A stretch of 64,000 nt of DNA, taken from Patellaria atrata CBS 101060 (taxonomy: Eukaryota). This document shows positions 21,307 through 31,872 of this stretch, piece by piece. The notes beneath the pieces are model-generated. The model was not told the DNA's origin. It ran no database searches and saw only the letters and a program-made list of their open reading frames with translations. The stretch's first letter is position 1. The number at the start of each line of letters is the position of its first letter. The stretch spans positions 440,623 to 504,622 of the forward strand of contig MU006092.1 in NCBI GenBank assembly GCA_010093705.1. Direction: 5' to 3'. Made by a program: the position numbers and the translations under genes.

Positions 21307-22594
21307 ATTTCAAAGAACCTTTTATCCCACTCAAACGCAGCTCGCTAACTAGAATTATATCCGAAGGAATTTCTTCAAGAAGTGTCAAATACTGTAACAA
21401 AAATTTGCTGACTTTTGGGTCAGAGAGGGGAAAAAAAGCTGACATTCATGCCATGATTACTGCGGTGGTAAAAGTACCTTAGAGTAGTGGTCGGCCTCAA
21501 AGGATGCTCTACCCGTGAACAACCTCGGCATTTGATAACGATAAGGAATCTCCTGCTTCCACTTTGGTTGGAGGAGCATGAATAACGATATTATGAACAG
21601 TTTAATTTTTATTTCCGTTGTATGGGATATTACGATATTTATCTCTTCGATGCTTGAAAATAAATGACAATGGTGGCGAAGGGGCATGCAAGAGATCTCA
21701 ATTTTGATAGCGTCACGTGAACCCCTATTCTGACTAAATGCCAAGCCATTCTCAAAATCAACGAAATCTCCTCTCCTGAGGATATTCCCTGACAATATGC
21801 CCTGAAATAGCTTCTCAGGAAGCTCTTGCAACATAATATAAGAGAGAAATGAGCTTCAAATCACATGAAGTCTGTGGTCCCCTTGGAGGTCTCATTTTGG
21901 GTAGCAAAGCTCCTCCATCCCGACCTCCCTTAACCTACTTCTCAAGTTCGGGTTACACAGTACTTATACAAGAATATATAGAGGACCAAATTACCTATAC
22001 CATCATCAAGGTAAATCTTCCTGCTTAAACTGCGGCGCAACAAGGTGACAGATGCACATATCGCTTTTCAGTTTCCTCTCAATTTCAGACCCTCATATCG
22101 GTATTCTTCGTTATCACTATTAGGGTATCCCTCTTATAGAACCTCTCAGTCGTAACTCTCCAAGTATTTCGAATCAAACAGTATTATTCTCTCCCTTGTA
22201 GTTTTAGTCCGTTCACGTTTACTACTGCAAGAAGTCCAGCTCGTACAGCCAAGCAAAGTGTCATCCACATGATTGGGTACTAAGTACTACCTTGTCGATT
22301 TAATGAAGACCTCGCAGGCCATGATAACGGAGCTGAGTGTTACCTTTATACGCGTCTGAAAAGGAGGGGTATCTCTTACTAGCTATACCTCTATGGGACA
22401 TCTGCTGTTTTCGGTTGTACATTATCTACCTTCGTTGTCGTGGTTTACCATACAGAAACCAAGATGACCACTACATGAGTAGATACAACGTCTCAAAAAC
22501 CAGTTATAGTGCATATTCATTCGTTCTTCGATTTCTAAATTTCTACCCTTTTCATACTTCCAACACTGCAGCTTGTTTTATCTATCAGTTCATC

Positions 22595-22830
22595 ATGCGT
22601 CCCGGAGCTGTCAAGAGACAGAGGATCAATGTATACAATATCCTAGTCCTCAGCTTCTTCGGTTTAGGATCTACGACATACGGTTATACTGCAAGTATAA
22701 CAGGAACTACTTTAGGTAAGGTCTTTATCATGTCGTAACAACCCTTGCCTAATGACCCCAGCGATAAATGACTTTTTTTTATTAACTTAATCAATATAGG
22801 GCAACCCTCCTTCATCAGATAGTTTCACTG
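22595..22830 (+). pseudogene. 5' fragment of an MFS sugar-porter gene
   Basis: MRPGAVKRQRINVYNILVLSFFGLGSTTYGYTASITGTTLG|intron|QPSFIR*FH* matches the TM1 'GY.ASII.TTLGQPSF' pattern of fungal sugar porters; the rest of the gene is absent. Confidence 0.7.
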
Positions 22831-23379
22831 AGGATCACTAAGAGGTTTCCGCTCACTAAACTTATTCCGTCTATATGACTAATTTTTCAGCCAGTACGGA
22901 TGGCTTAGTCAGGTGTTAGTATAAATAATGAGGTTTTACACCGCTTTTAAGTACTAATACACACTAACCAGATATCTCGACTACGGTGGTTAAATCATAA
23001 ACACCTGAAGTTGCTTACCTACCAAAAATTCTAGCTGTAGATATCCGGGGTTCCTTCTGGATCGTGCACCCGACCGGATCTTCAGGTCGTCTGGCCTAAA
23101 GGGCAGTAGGTAGGGCACAGGGTGCGCGCCTAGAGATTGTTACAATACGATAACAACGTGCAAGGGGGCCGTAGAGCAGGTGGGGAAAAATAGGTGGGCA
23201 AATTCTTCTGCAACACCAGAGATTCAACCCGGTCGAGTGGACCCCGATACCTCCTGATCGATCTCATCTATTTGTGGAGTACCTGTAGTCTGGCACTGTA
23301 CCTCCGTACTGACACACTTGTTACTGTACACGCCTTATATAAGGCAACTTTTAGTGGAGTGTAGCCCCCATTACAATAC
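22828..23379. mobile_element. Possible solo-LTR / transposon remnants
   Basis: Starts where the sugar-porter fragment stops. TG...CA-bounded segments (e.g. TGTA 23036 ... TACA 23375), TATA-like boxes (tataaata ~22920; palindrome gccttatataaggc 23332-23345) and a direct repeat ttacaatac at 23140 and 23371. No target-site duplication or coding domain seen. Confidence 0.3.
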
Positions 23380-25207
23380 TGAATATTCCCCCTGCTTAGG
23401 GATAGCGCCAAAGATCATGCCCGTCGAGACGTAATACCACGACTCCCATCGAGGCTCGAGTTGTATTTTTCATAAATCGAGCATAAATCGAGCGAAATCC
23501 ATATTAGTACGGAGTAGGTTTTATTAGAAAGATATATGCTCAGCTGCTGTTTTTCAGATTTTGCCTGGGCCTCCCTCACCTCTTGGCCTACTGTACACCT
23601 TACCCTTCGCAGCGACATACGACAGTTGAAAGGGCAGCCTCTATCAACTTCCATTCTCAATTTATCAGAAGCCGCGAAGCCTTTCCTCTGATTGAAAATG
23701 TTTTTAGTTCAGGTGCAGACTACCGTACCGCGTCCCAAAATATATTTTCCAAATTTAACAATTGTATTCTTACTCTTACGGATAAGAAGAGTACTATATC
23801 CTATTTTACAAGTCAAATATTTTCAATATAACAGGTGTAAATTATTCTAGAAGCAGATGATCTTCGTACCGACTCGAGAGCGCCATTTCAAAAGTCCCAA
23901 GGCGTGCATACATGTGTATACCGTACGTCGTGTAACGTAAATCAATCACAACGGGAGCAACCGTCAGAGGGTACCAGAAAAGAAAATCTGTCCGCATATT
24001 CCCTTCTAATTATTAATCAAAACGGCGCATATAGGATAATCTCACACCCCGCCAGTGCCTTGTTACACAAAAAGCGTTATCGAGATTCAAAGGAACCAGT
24101 TCTCGCGCGGAGGGGATGATTCTTGCTGCTATGGCTGATATCTCCCTCACCACCAGCTCTCATATATTTGCTTAATCCTCTCATGAACCCAGAATCATTC
24201 GACCAATGACTGACACCCCAAGTCTCTTCCATAGAAACAAGTGGGGAAAGTTCAAGAAGTGCACTTGACAGAGGTGATCGACCGGATCCGGGTTGATCAC
24301 TTTACGAGGCTGAACATGCTCTCAAGAGAATCTTTGAAAAGCGAGTGTGTGGGTGAAATGATTTCCAACGGCCAAAGTATACGTTGGTATTTCAAGATAG
24401 TCAAAACTAAGGAAACTCGAATTGTCCCTAATTCGAGGGGCCGTTGCTTCTTACTAGACCAATGATACCGAATTCTGCAGAACCTAGTTGCCAATCAGGT
24501 AGTCGCGCGAGCGGGGGCTCGAGATAATTATATCTCTCGTCTTCTTATACGGTGTACATACGTTCACTGGTGAGCTTCCCTCCTTCTCGTTGGTCCGAGG
24601 CGTGTGTCCCGAAAATCCGGGATGCAGAACCGCTGGCATCTAGTACGTTCACTGGAAGACAATCATGTCAACATATACTGCAGTAGATCTTGTCATAGCA
24701 TTACATCTGCCCAACAATCTAGTGGGTAAGATGTAGATTGATGGATCTTGCCGAAGCGGTTGAGGGGTTAGGACCATCGTATGGCATCAAATCTCCAGAT
24801 TTAGGTATTAATTGGACATATTTTTGTAAGGTCACGCCTTGGGATATAGATATGTGCCGAGGTCGGTTATGATCTGTATGTGTGGTGGTCAACTGCAACA
24901 TGTTCTATGCCCAGGGACAATTAAGGACCCTTGACTTGAAGGTTGAATGTGCACTTTTATAGTGAGTTTGCGGAAAGGCGGATTCTCACGGCTCATGCAA
25001 TACAACGTCTTTTAGAAAAGAATACTTAGTAGCAACGTATCATTGTTTAGGAATTGTGTTATGACTTCATGGGTTCGGAAGTTACGGAATGACTTAATAT
25101 GAGGCTGAAATTTTGAAGACTGGCCAATCATTCTTCAGAACTCAGAAAGAGCATCCTCCTATATGCATTGAACGAGGGCATGGTTTAAGGCCCTGCATAA
25201 GAGATTG

Positions 25208-25236
25208 TCGTTGCCTCGTTGCCTCGTTGCCTCGTT
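25208..25236. repeat. 8-bp tandem repeat (TCGTTGCC x3.6)
   Basis: Read directly. Confidence 0.85.
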
Positions 25237-26554
25237 CCCCATCAATAGACGCGACTAAGCAGACTCTGAGGCCCTAACGTCGTTTCGGCGCGTACCAGAT
25301 GCTATTTCGCGTCAGTGATTGGTTATATATATTCAATACTTTGTCCTTATTACCTTAAGTTGCTCATAATGCAGTAATATACTGCTTGGATGAAACTCAC
25401 TTTCTCCTTTAAACGGGCAAGCTTCGAGCCAAGATATACATTCCCGATCAGTTCGTTCTTGATTGATTCCCCCTAGAACAAGGCTATGTAGTAGGTAAGG
25501 TGGTGGTCCCAGGAACTGTTACTTATTATAAGCTCGTTCGGCGGGTTGTTATTGATTCTAATTCTCATTATTCTTCGATATGTTATCGGAAGTTCGCGAC
25601 AACACTTTCCTGAGAAGTTCTCTCCCATCCCAAAGGGCTCGACGTCTTTATTTAGATAGTCTGGAAGCCCAGAGTCCTCAATCTTCGATCTATTGCTTCA
25701 AGTCTTCAACATAATTTTTACCGGGAATGGAAATGTCGATTCAATTTGGTTTCTCCAGAAACTAGGCAAAATACAGCATGTCACCAGCAGAGATTGAACC
25801 CATTATCAGTGACTGTAGGGTGTGTCAATGACTTCTCCAGTCAAACCCTGCCTTCTTCAGACTCCCTTGAACTAAAGTTAATATAGGATCCGTCGGAAAA
25901 TTTATACAAACAGCCACATAAGACTATGACCACCTTTCACAACCTCTAGAAAGGCGATACGCTACCCCACCACAAACACTCGATAAACAGCTGAATTCCA
26001 CAATCGAGAAGATATCGCGACTTGAAAACCATGGAGACGACCTACACTACGGAATAACGGGTTGGGGGTAAGATGAAACGATCAAAACCCAAACGGTGCT
26101 TATAGACGACAAGAACACAATCTAACAGCAAGTTGAAAGACAGATCCGAAAGTGGCTATAATCAAAAAGGAAAAATGAAAGAGGGGTGGAATTGACTAGA
26201 AATTTGATTTCCAAATGATGCAGTGGGATATACTCGTTCATATGCGAAGTCCCTCTCATCTAGGATAGTACAAAAATCAGACCGGTACGTTCATTATTAG
26301 AGAAATTGTAATACCAAACATATTACTAGATCAATGAGAATCAAATAACGTTTGTCAGATATTCAAAACTGGACAAATTTGTAAACAAAGACTCAAATTT
26401 AAGGAAAGTGCTTTATATAAATGACGATAAGAATAAACAGAGACGACGAAGCAATGAAAACCTCCCCTCCTCCTTCCCATCCCCTCAATGTTCGATCTCT
26501 AAACCTCATCTCAAATTTCTTGTCATCTTTGAAAGGTAGTTCTCAACATCCTAA

Positions 26555-26961
26555 TTAGGCAAGACAGAAAGCGGAATGGACGGCGACACAGATTGCACAT
26601 GCATTCCTCTTAGCCGCCTTATCAGGTCCCGGATACATGTCATCGCAGTACGGGGCACATATGCCATCTACGCGCTCCCAGCAGCTTTCCCGCTTTTGCA
26701 CATGCACTTCCTCTTCGGACATCCCCTCATAAGTGTGACTCATGATGTCGCGGACATGCTGATAATAAGAGGGTAGATCAGGGAGAGCGGTAGGCTCAGT
26801 AGTTGTATCAGATGGGACCGGTATGAATGATTCAGAAACCACTAGTAAAATGTCAGTTAAGAGAGTGATGATAGGAAAAGCAGGAAAGGAAACAGACTTG
26901 ATGCAACGCTCATGGCGGAAAGAAGAGCTACGAGAAGCATATAGGAATTCATAGTTTTCAT
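26555..26961 (-). CDS. Small secreted cysteine-rich pre-pro-peptide (116 aa), effector/antimicrobial candidate
   Basis: Exon 1 (26898-26961) encodes signal peptide MKTMNSYMLLVALLSAMSVAS. Intron 26842-26897 (GTCTGT...CTGAC...TAG). Acidic pro-region, KR site, then 44 aa with 6 Cys. Confidence 0.82.
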
Positions 26962-29724
26962 GGTGATAAAACTGAACAAGGTAGAGTAAACGAATTAATG
27001 TATTGCGTCTGGAAATGGTTGTACAGCGTTGTAGGTGTTTATCGAGGTAGATATTGAATTTAGAAAGTGAATGCTGTGTGATGAGATTTAGATGAGGGAA
27101 GTGATGTTTCTTTATAACTTGTTACTACTATCGTGACTATGGAGGTAGTATCAAGATTGCTAGAGGCCGGCGAGGAGACCTGCATAATCTTTATGTCGAT
27201 AGTACAGTGTATATATAGATTCTTGAGCTAAAGATCTTGTTGTATGCTCAGGTGATATGGAACAGTTAGTCTTGAGATACCATTCGTTTAGAGCTCTACC
27301 TCAAAAAATCCTATCATCTTTGTCAATTTCAGGGTAGACTTGCTTAGTAAGGGCATCTCAGCTTTGTCCCAAAGACCTGAATATCCACATTAGCTGAAGA
27401 GGAGAGCTTGTACATCACCTCAATTATCAAAGAAGGATTCTTACGGCTCCATTTCACCGTTACATTCACCGACTGGGCTGAGTCCTCCTCCATGCCGACG
27501 TTTTTCGGAGACGTTTCCTAGCCTAGAACTAGAGTATGCGGCTGAACAGGTAATTGTTGGAGATGCCGGTAATCGGCGAGGTTGGACGGATGTGAAATGT
27601 AAGGTTATAACGACTACATGTTTGGAAGGATACTAGCAACTCATTGGGCAAGCGGAATGGCCGAGAGAAGCGGTGACGTTTACTGACCGCAGTGGGATTT
27701 TGGTAAAGAGTTTTTGGTATTTAGAAACATTTTCTATGGTGTGCAATTATCACAGTCGTCGAGCAGACAATGGGCCTTTGTTCTCGGAGCGCTATTAGAA
27801 AGGCGCCAGTCTCCACAAATAGTACGTCTTTGAGATATAGTAAAGTGGAAGCCCACCTGATCACTTCTCTCCCTTTCTACATAATAGCATTCGTAGAGCT
27901 GCTCTGGTAATTCTGTAGTGGCGATGATCTCGTCTTTACGTTTACAATCCCGGAGCTTGCTCTCTATTTCGATCTGGAAGTGTGCTTAAAGCAGACGATC
28001 GGCCCTCTTTCCTACATTATTGCGGCGTCGCCATATTAGCTTCGTTCCCTCCAGATATTCTCATCTTCTACTTAAAGCGTCCGTTGCTTGATTCTCAATC
28101 CCTTGTCTTGGGAATATCTTGAAGTTGAAGATGTGAGTGTCTATGCCCTCCTTACATCCTTGTCGTCGATTCAGTCTCTTCTTTGTTATGAAACTAATCT
28201 GACCAAACCTTTTCGAATAATTGGGCCCTTCTAGTTATAACACCTGTTCTTCAAATGCGTCGATGCTGGCGATGATAAACATCTGACTTTGGCTTTTTTT
28301 GTGCTTGACTGATGAGATGCAAAGCAGACATATACAGTAAGCGCTGGATATAAGCAGTATAATGAGTTGCGCATCGCATAACCAAGGAGACTGAATGAAA
28401 TTGTTCTTATCGAAGGATATGCCCGTTGCTAGGGTCACTATACCGATAACGAACTGCTGCTCAGCCGGCAGTTGAAGAAGTATTCCGATCCAGTAAACTT
28501 CCAACGGCTGAACAAAAACGACATGTGTCCGGACATCAAAATGGAAAACGTCGAAAATGAATCAGAAACCAGAAGAGACTGCTCTAGACAAAGGACATTT
28601 CGGATACGCTGCATTAGCTGGTGTGGTTCCCTCAAGTAAATCGGTTGCAGCCTTGGGATCCATTTGACGCTCCGTGGGTTCGGTTTACTTTCCTTCCCCG
28701 AAACAGTATCATTCTGTATCTTCTTGTCACTCGTAAGTCACACTCCTCCTCGGGCTTGTTCTGAGTCCACTTGAATTGTGACCAGAAATGACCTTTCCTT
28801 GCTCTTTTCATCGCCGTCGAGCATTCCATTCTACACTGTTGGACATTCTCCGTCGGTGCTACGGCCACTAATGGATCTTTGAAGACAATCTTTGGACTGG
28901 AATCCGAAATTGACTGCATCACAGCACCGGTCGGGTTTCCGGCTTGGCCTCCGGCAGCTGCTCCTATCACTTCGTCTCCGTGCTCCATCGGATGCCGTGC
29001 CTACGAATGGGCGATTCTAGAGCGAATTGCACAGACATTTATAAAGTTGTAAATTGAGCCTCATATTTCCGGAAAACCTGAGGATCCCGTCGAGGAGCTG
29101 CCCTGAGAGCTGAGACAAGGTTTTAAGCCTTGGGAAGTTGGGCTTGGATCTTGGAAATCTAAGGTAGCGCCAGGATGCAGCTTACTAAGTGCTACATTTC
29201 AGGGCGCATCAGGATTCGGATGGAAAGGAGAAGTCTGTGCTCACAATTCCGTTTATAGTTGTCATGATTCTATTTCAGACTGCTGAAGATTGGGAAAAGA
29301 TCTATAACGATGAATACTGTACATGTATTACCCAGGTGCCTGGTCTATCTAGTCTATATGCCCTATATGCTTCTATGATGTTGATCGGGTATCTTCGCTA
29401 GATGCGCGCAAGCTATGCAGCAAAACATAAGAAATTCGTATCATGTCATGCCCTTGACCGCTTCAAAATCGCCCAGCGTAAGCGTCATGTAGTAAGCTTA
29501 AAACCCAAAGGAAATTCGTAAACCTCCGCACTGTGCGGATTTTGAACCTAAACTCCGCCCAATGAGAAAATGGTAGCGCCGTAATAGTGGCGGTGTGAGG
29601 ACTGAGAAGTTTACTTGATTGGGTCATTATTGGAAAATTGACCCCGTGATGAATAGATATGTGGATGAGAGAGCGCCTCCGAGGAAGAGCTCTCCTGTTT
29701 CGGATAAGAAGAATCGTCCCTTGT

Positions 29725-31872
29725 TTACCGGATCTCAAACAGTTCGGAATCAAGTTTGCCCTTTTGCAACATTTGGATCGCTTCACCGTTCATCAGACCG
29801 TTGACATAGCATTCGCCAACGAGTTTGTGAGTCCCATCGACATCGGGCCGGAGAATAAATGGTGTATTCGCGCCGAAGAGAACGCAGATTTTGTCACCGT
29901 CTTGGAGAACTGGAGGTCCAATACCAAAATAACCCTTCTCAGAGCAGAAGAACTTTCGGTGATTGCAAGCATCCATAGCAGCGAGAAGAAAGTTTTGCCA
30001 TCTACCTCTCTCACCGAGTGACTGGATTCCTGCTAGTCGATCGCTGTTGTTGCCCTGGATCATATCGACAGCATAGTCCTGATCGACTAGTTCAGAAAGG
30101 TATGCAGAAAAATCTGCGACTAACTGGTGAGGTGCTTCGTAATTTTCTGGTCCAGGAACGCGACGGTCACTTATGTCTGCGGCAAGCGTAGCACTTATTG
30201 CTCTGAGTATTCCATTGCCGTTCGGATACTTCGAGCTACCGTAGGTTTCAATTTTCGCCCAGATATCATTGATAGCGTTCCTACTACCTCGATCGGTAAC
30301 ATTCCACGAGGGAACAATAAAGTGATCCCGCTTCATGATGTTCGTGCTTCCATAAACTGTGTCGATGACAGTACCATAAGCAAGTAGTACATTTGCGTCA
30401 TCTGATGGCACGATGACGGGTTCAGTCTTCCCAGCAGCAGCATAATCATTGATGCGATTAAGTGCGACTCCTCTATTGTAGTGATCCCAGCGAGGAATCC
30501 AGGATGGGAATCCTTCTGGAATGGATCCTGTAAACATACTGTGGCTGACATAAGAGAGTAAAGAAAGAGAATGCTGATCTTTTAATTCGGGAAGATCTTG
30601 ATGATTGACTACCCGTGATGCTACCTCTCTATAAATCTCGAAAGTGGACTTGGAATAATCGGGTTCAACCAGCCACTCTTTATGGCTGATGTTACGAATG
30701 CGAGGGTGTGAGAGTAACCCAAAGACTTTGTCTCGAGGGTCGGACGCTTTATGAACACGAGCTTCTTCGAGAAGATCTAAGAATGTATTTGTTGATTGGC
30801 GCGGACGATAATCTTGGAGGCGGAGGAACATAGTGTTGACTTTGAGCTTATACTTCGCGAGTAGCAATCCACCTTGCTGTGCGAGAGCCATGGAGGTATG
30901 CAAGACCATAAACCAATCAATTTCAGCGTTACCGCAGAAAGCTGTAGCTCGAGAAGCAAGTGCAACCTCTTGGATGGTCCACGTTCTCTGAAACCATTCG
31001 CGATTATAAAGGCGAGCAAGTGCTTTCCATTTGGTGGGATCATAAGCTTCGAGTTCCATTGTTCGGTCTTCTTCTTCCTCGTCATCATCATCTGTGAGCG
31101 GTTCTGTCTGCTCCTGATAACTAGCCATGGAGAACCCGTCAAAAGATAGTTCATTTAGAAATTTGAATGCGATTGCCGCATCCTCCTCATCAGCTCCTAG
31201 CCAAATTAGGACCTCAGCCGCGGATTCGAAAATGGATGCCATAAGTTTTACTTGATGGCCACGCTCGAGGACATTATTCTGGTCGATGCAGATATTATCT
31301 GCCCAGAGGAACCTGCTCCGTTCGGTAGATCGAAATCTTCTGAGCGCATCCCCGAGATTTGGGGTGATGCTTAGCCGTCTGCCTTCACACAGGATATCTT
31401 CTCTCTCTTTCGTGTGGCCCCAGGCATATGAGATAGCCGAATAAGAAGGTGCTTCAGAGATGGGTACGCTCCGGAGTTGACATAATAACCTAGAATTGGC
31501 CTTTCCTGGTCGAAGTTCGAGAAGACGGATATAGTTGCCAGTAGGAAGCGGTTCGTATTCGTAACGAGCCAGCTGAGAGATGACACCGGATGGAATGCTC
31601 TCTTCTAACATGAGCAGCTTCAGGGCTTTACCTGCAACTAAGGACCCATGTCGAAAGAGGCTCTGTGGTTTTCTTCTTAGGGCTTCCCGAAGCCCTACTT
31701 TGAGTTCCAAGCTATTTTGAACATATTGAAGTTGAGGGAAGTCTGCCACATCTGCCACAATAGGACCAGCGGAAATAATCTTGTCGAGAAGTGAAGAGCC
31801 AATGGAATAGCAATCCTCGCCGTCATCATCTACGTACAAAGCGTTCCTGCGCCGGGCGCCTGCGGCATACAT
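29725..31872 (-). CDS. Heterokaryon incompatibility (HET-domain, HET-6-like) protein
   Basis: IRLLELRPG, YSAISYAWG, LWADNICIDQNNVLERGHQVKLMASIF, WFQRTWTIQEV, ASDPRDKVFGLL, PSWIPRW and C-terminal GDKICVLFGANTPFILRP...LVGECYVNGLMNGEA. Confidence 0.93.
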   Translation of the reverse strand: MYAAGARRRNALYVDDDGEDCYSIGSSLLDKIISAGPIVADVADFPQLQYVQNSLELKVGLREALRRKPQSLFRHGSLVAGKALKLLMLEESIPSGVISQLARYEYEPLPTGNYIRLLELRPGKANSRLLCQLRSVPISEAPSYSAISYAWGHTKEREDILCEGRRLSITPNLGDALRRFRSTERSRFLWADNICIDQNNVLERGHQVKLMASIFESAAEVLIWLGADEEDAAIAFKFLNELSFDGFSMASYQEQTEPLTDDDDEEEEDRTMELEAYDPTKWKALARLYNREWFQRTWTIQEVALASRATAFCGNAEIDWFMVLHTSMALAQQGGLLLAKYKLKVNTMFLRLQDYRPRQSTNTFLDLLEEARVHKASDPRDKVFGLLSHPRIRNISHKEWLVEPDYSKSTFEIYREVASRVVNHQDLPELKDQHSLSLLSYVSHSMFTGSIPEGFPSWIPRWDHYNRGVALNRINDYAAAGKTEPVIVPSDDANVLLAYGTVIDTVYGSTNIMKRDHFIVPSWNVTDRGSRNAINDIWAKIETYGSSKYPNGNGILRAISATLAADISDRRVPGPENYEAPHQLVADFSAYLSELVDQDYAVDMIQGNNSDRLAGIQSLGERGRWQNFLLAAMDACNHRKFFCSEKGYFGIGPPVLQDGDKICVLFGANTPFILRPDVDGTHKLVGECYVNGLMNGEAIQMLQKGKLDSELFEIR

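Noticed and set aside
21457..21834. 125-aa minus ORF with F-box-like start (LQELPEKLFQGIL)
   Set aside because: Non-ATG start, weak motif and no recognisable continuation; at most a relic.
25779..25860. Minus-strand GGTTCAATCTCTGCTGGTGACA resembling a tRNA T-arm and 3' end
   Set aside because: No complementary acceptor-stem 5' half, D-arm or anticodon arm at the right spacing.
27300..28990. Chain of short minus-strand ORFs, one hydrophobic
   Set aside because: Could be a decayed gene, but I found no family motif or consistent splice model.
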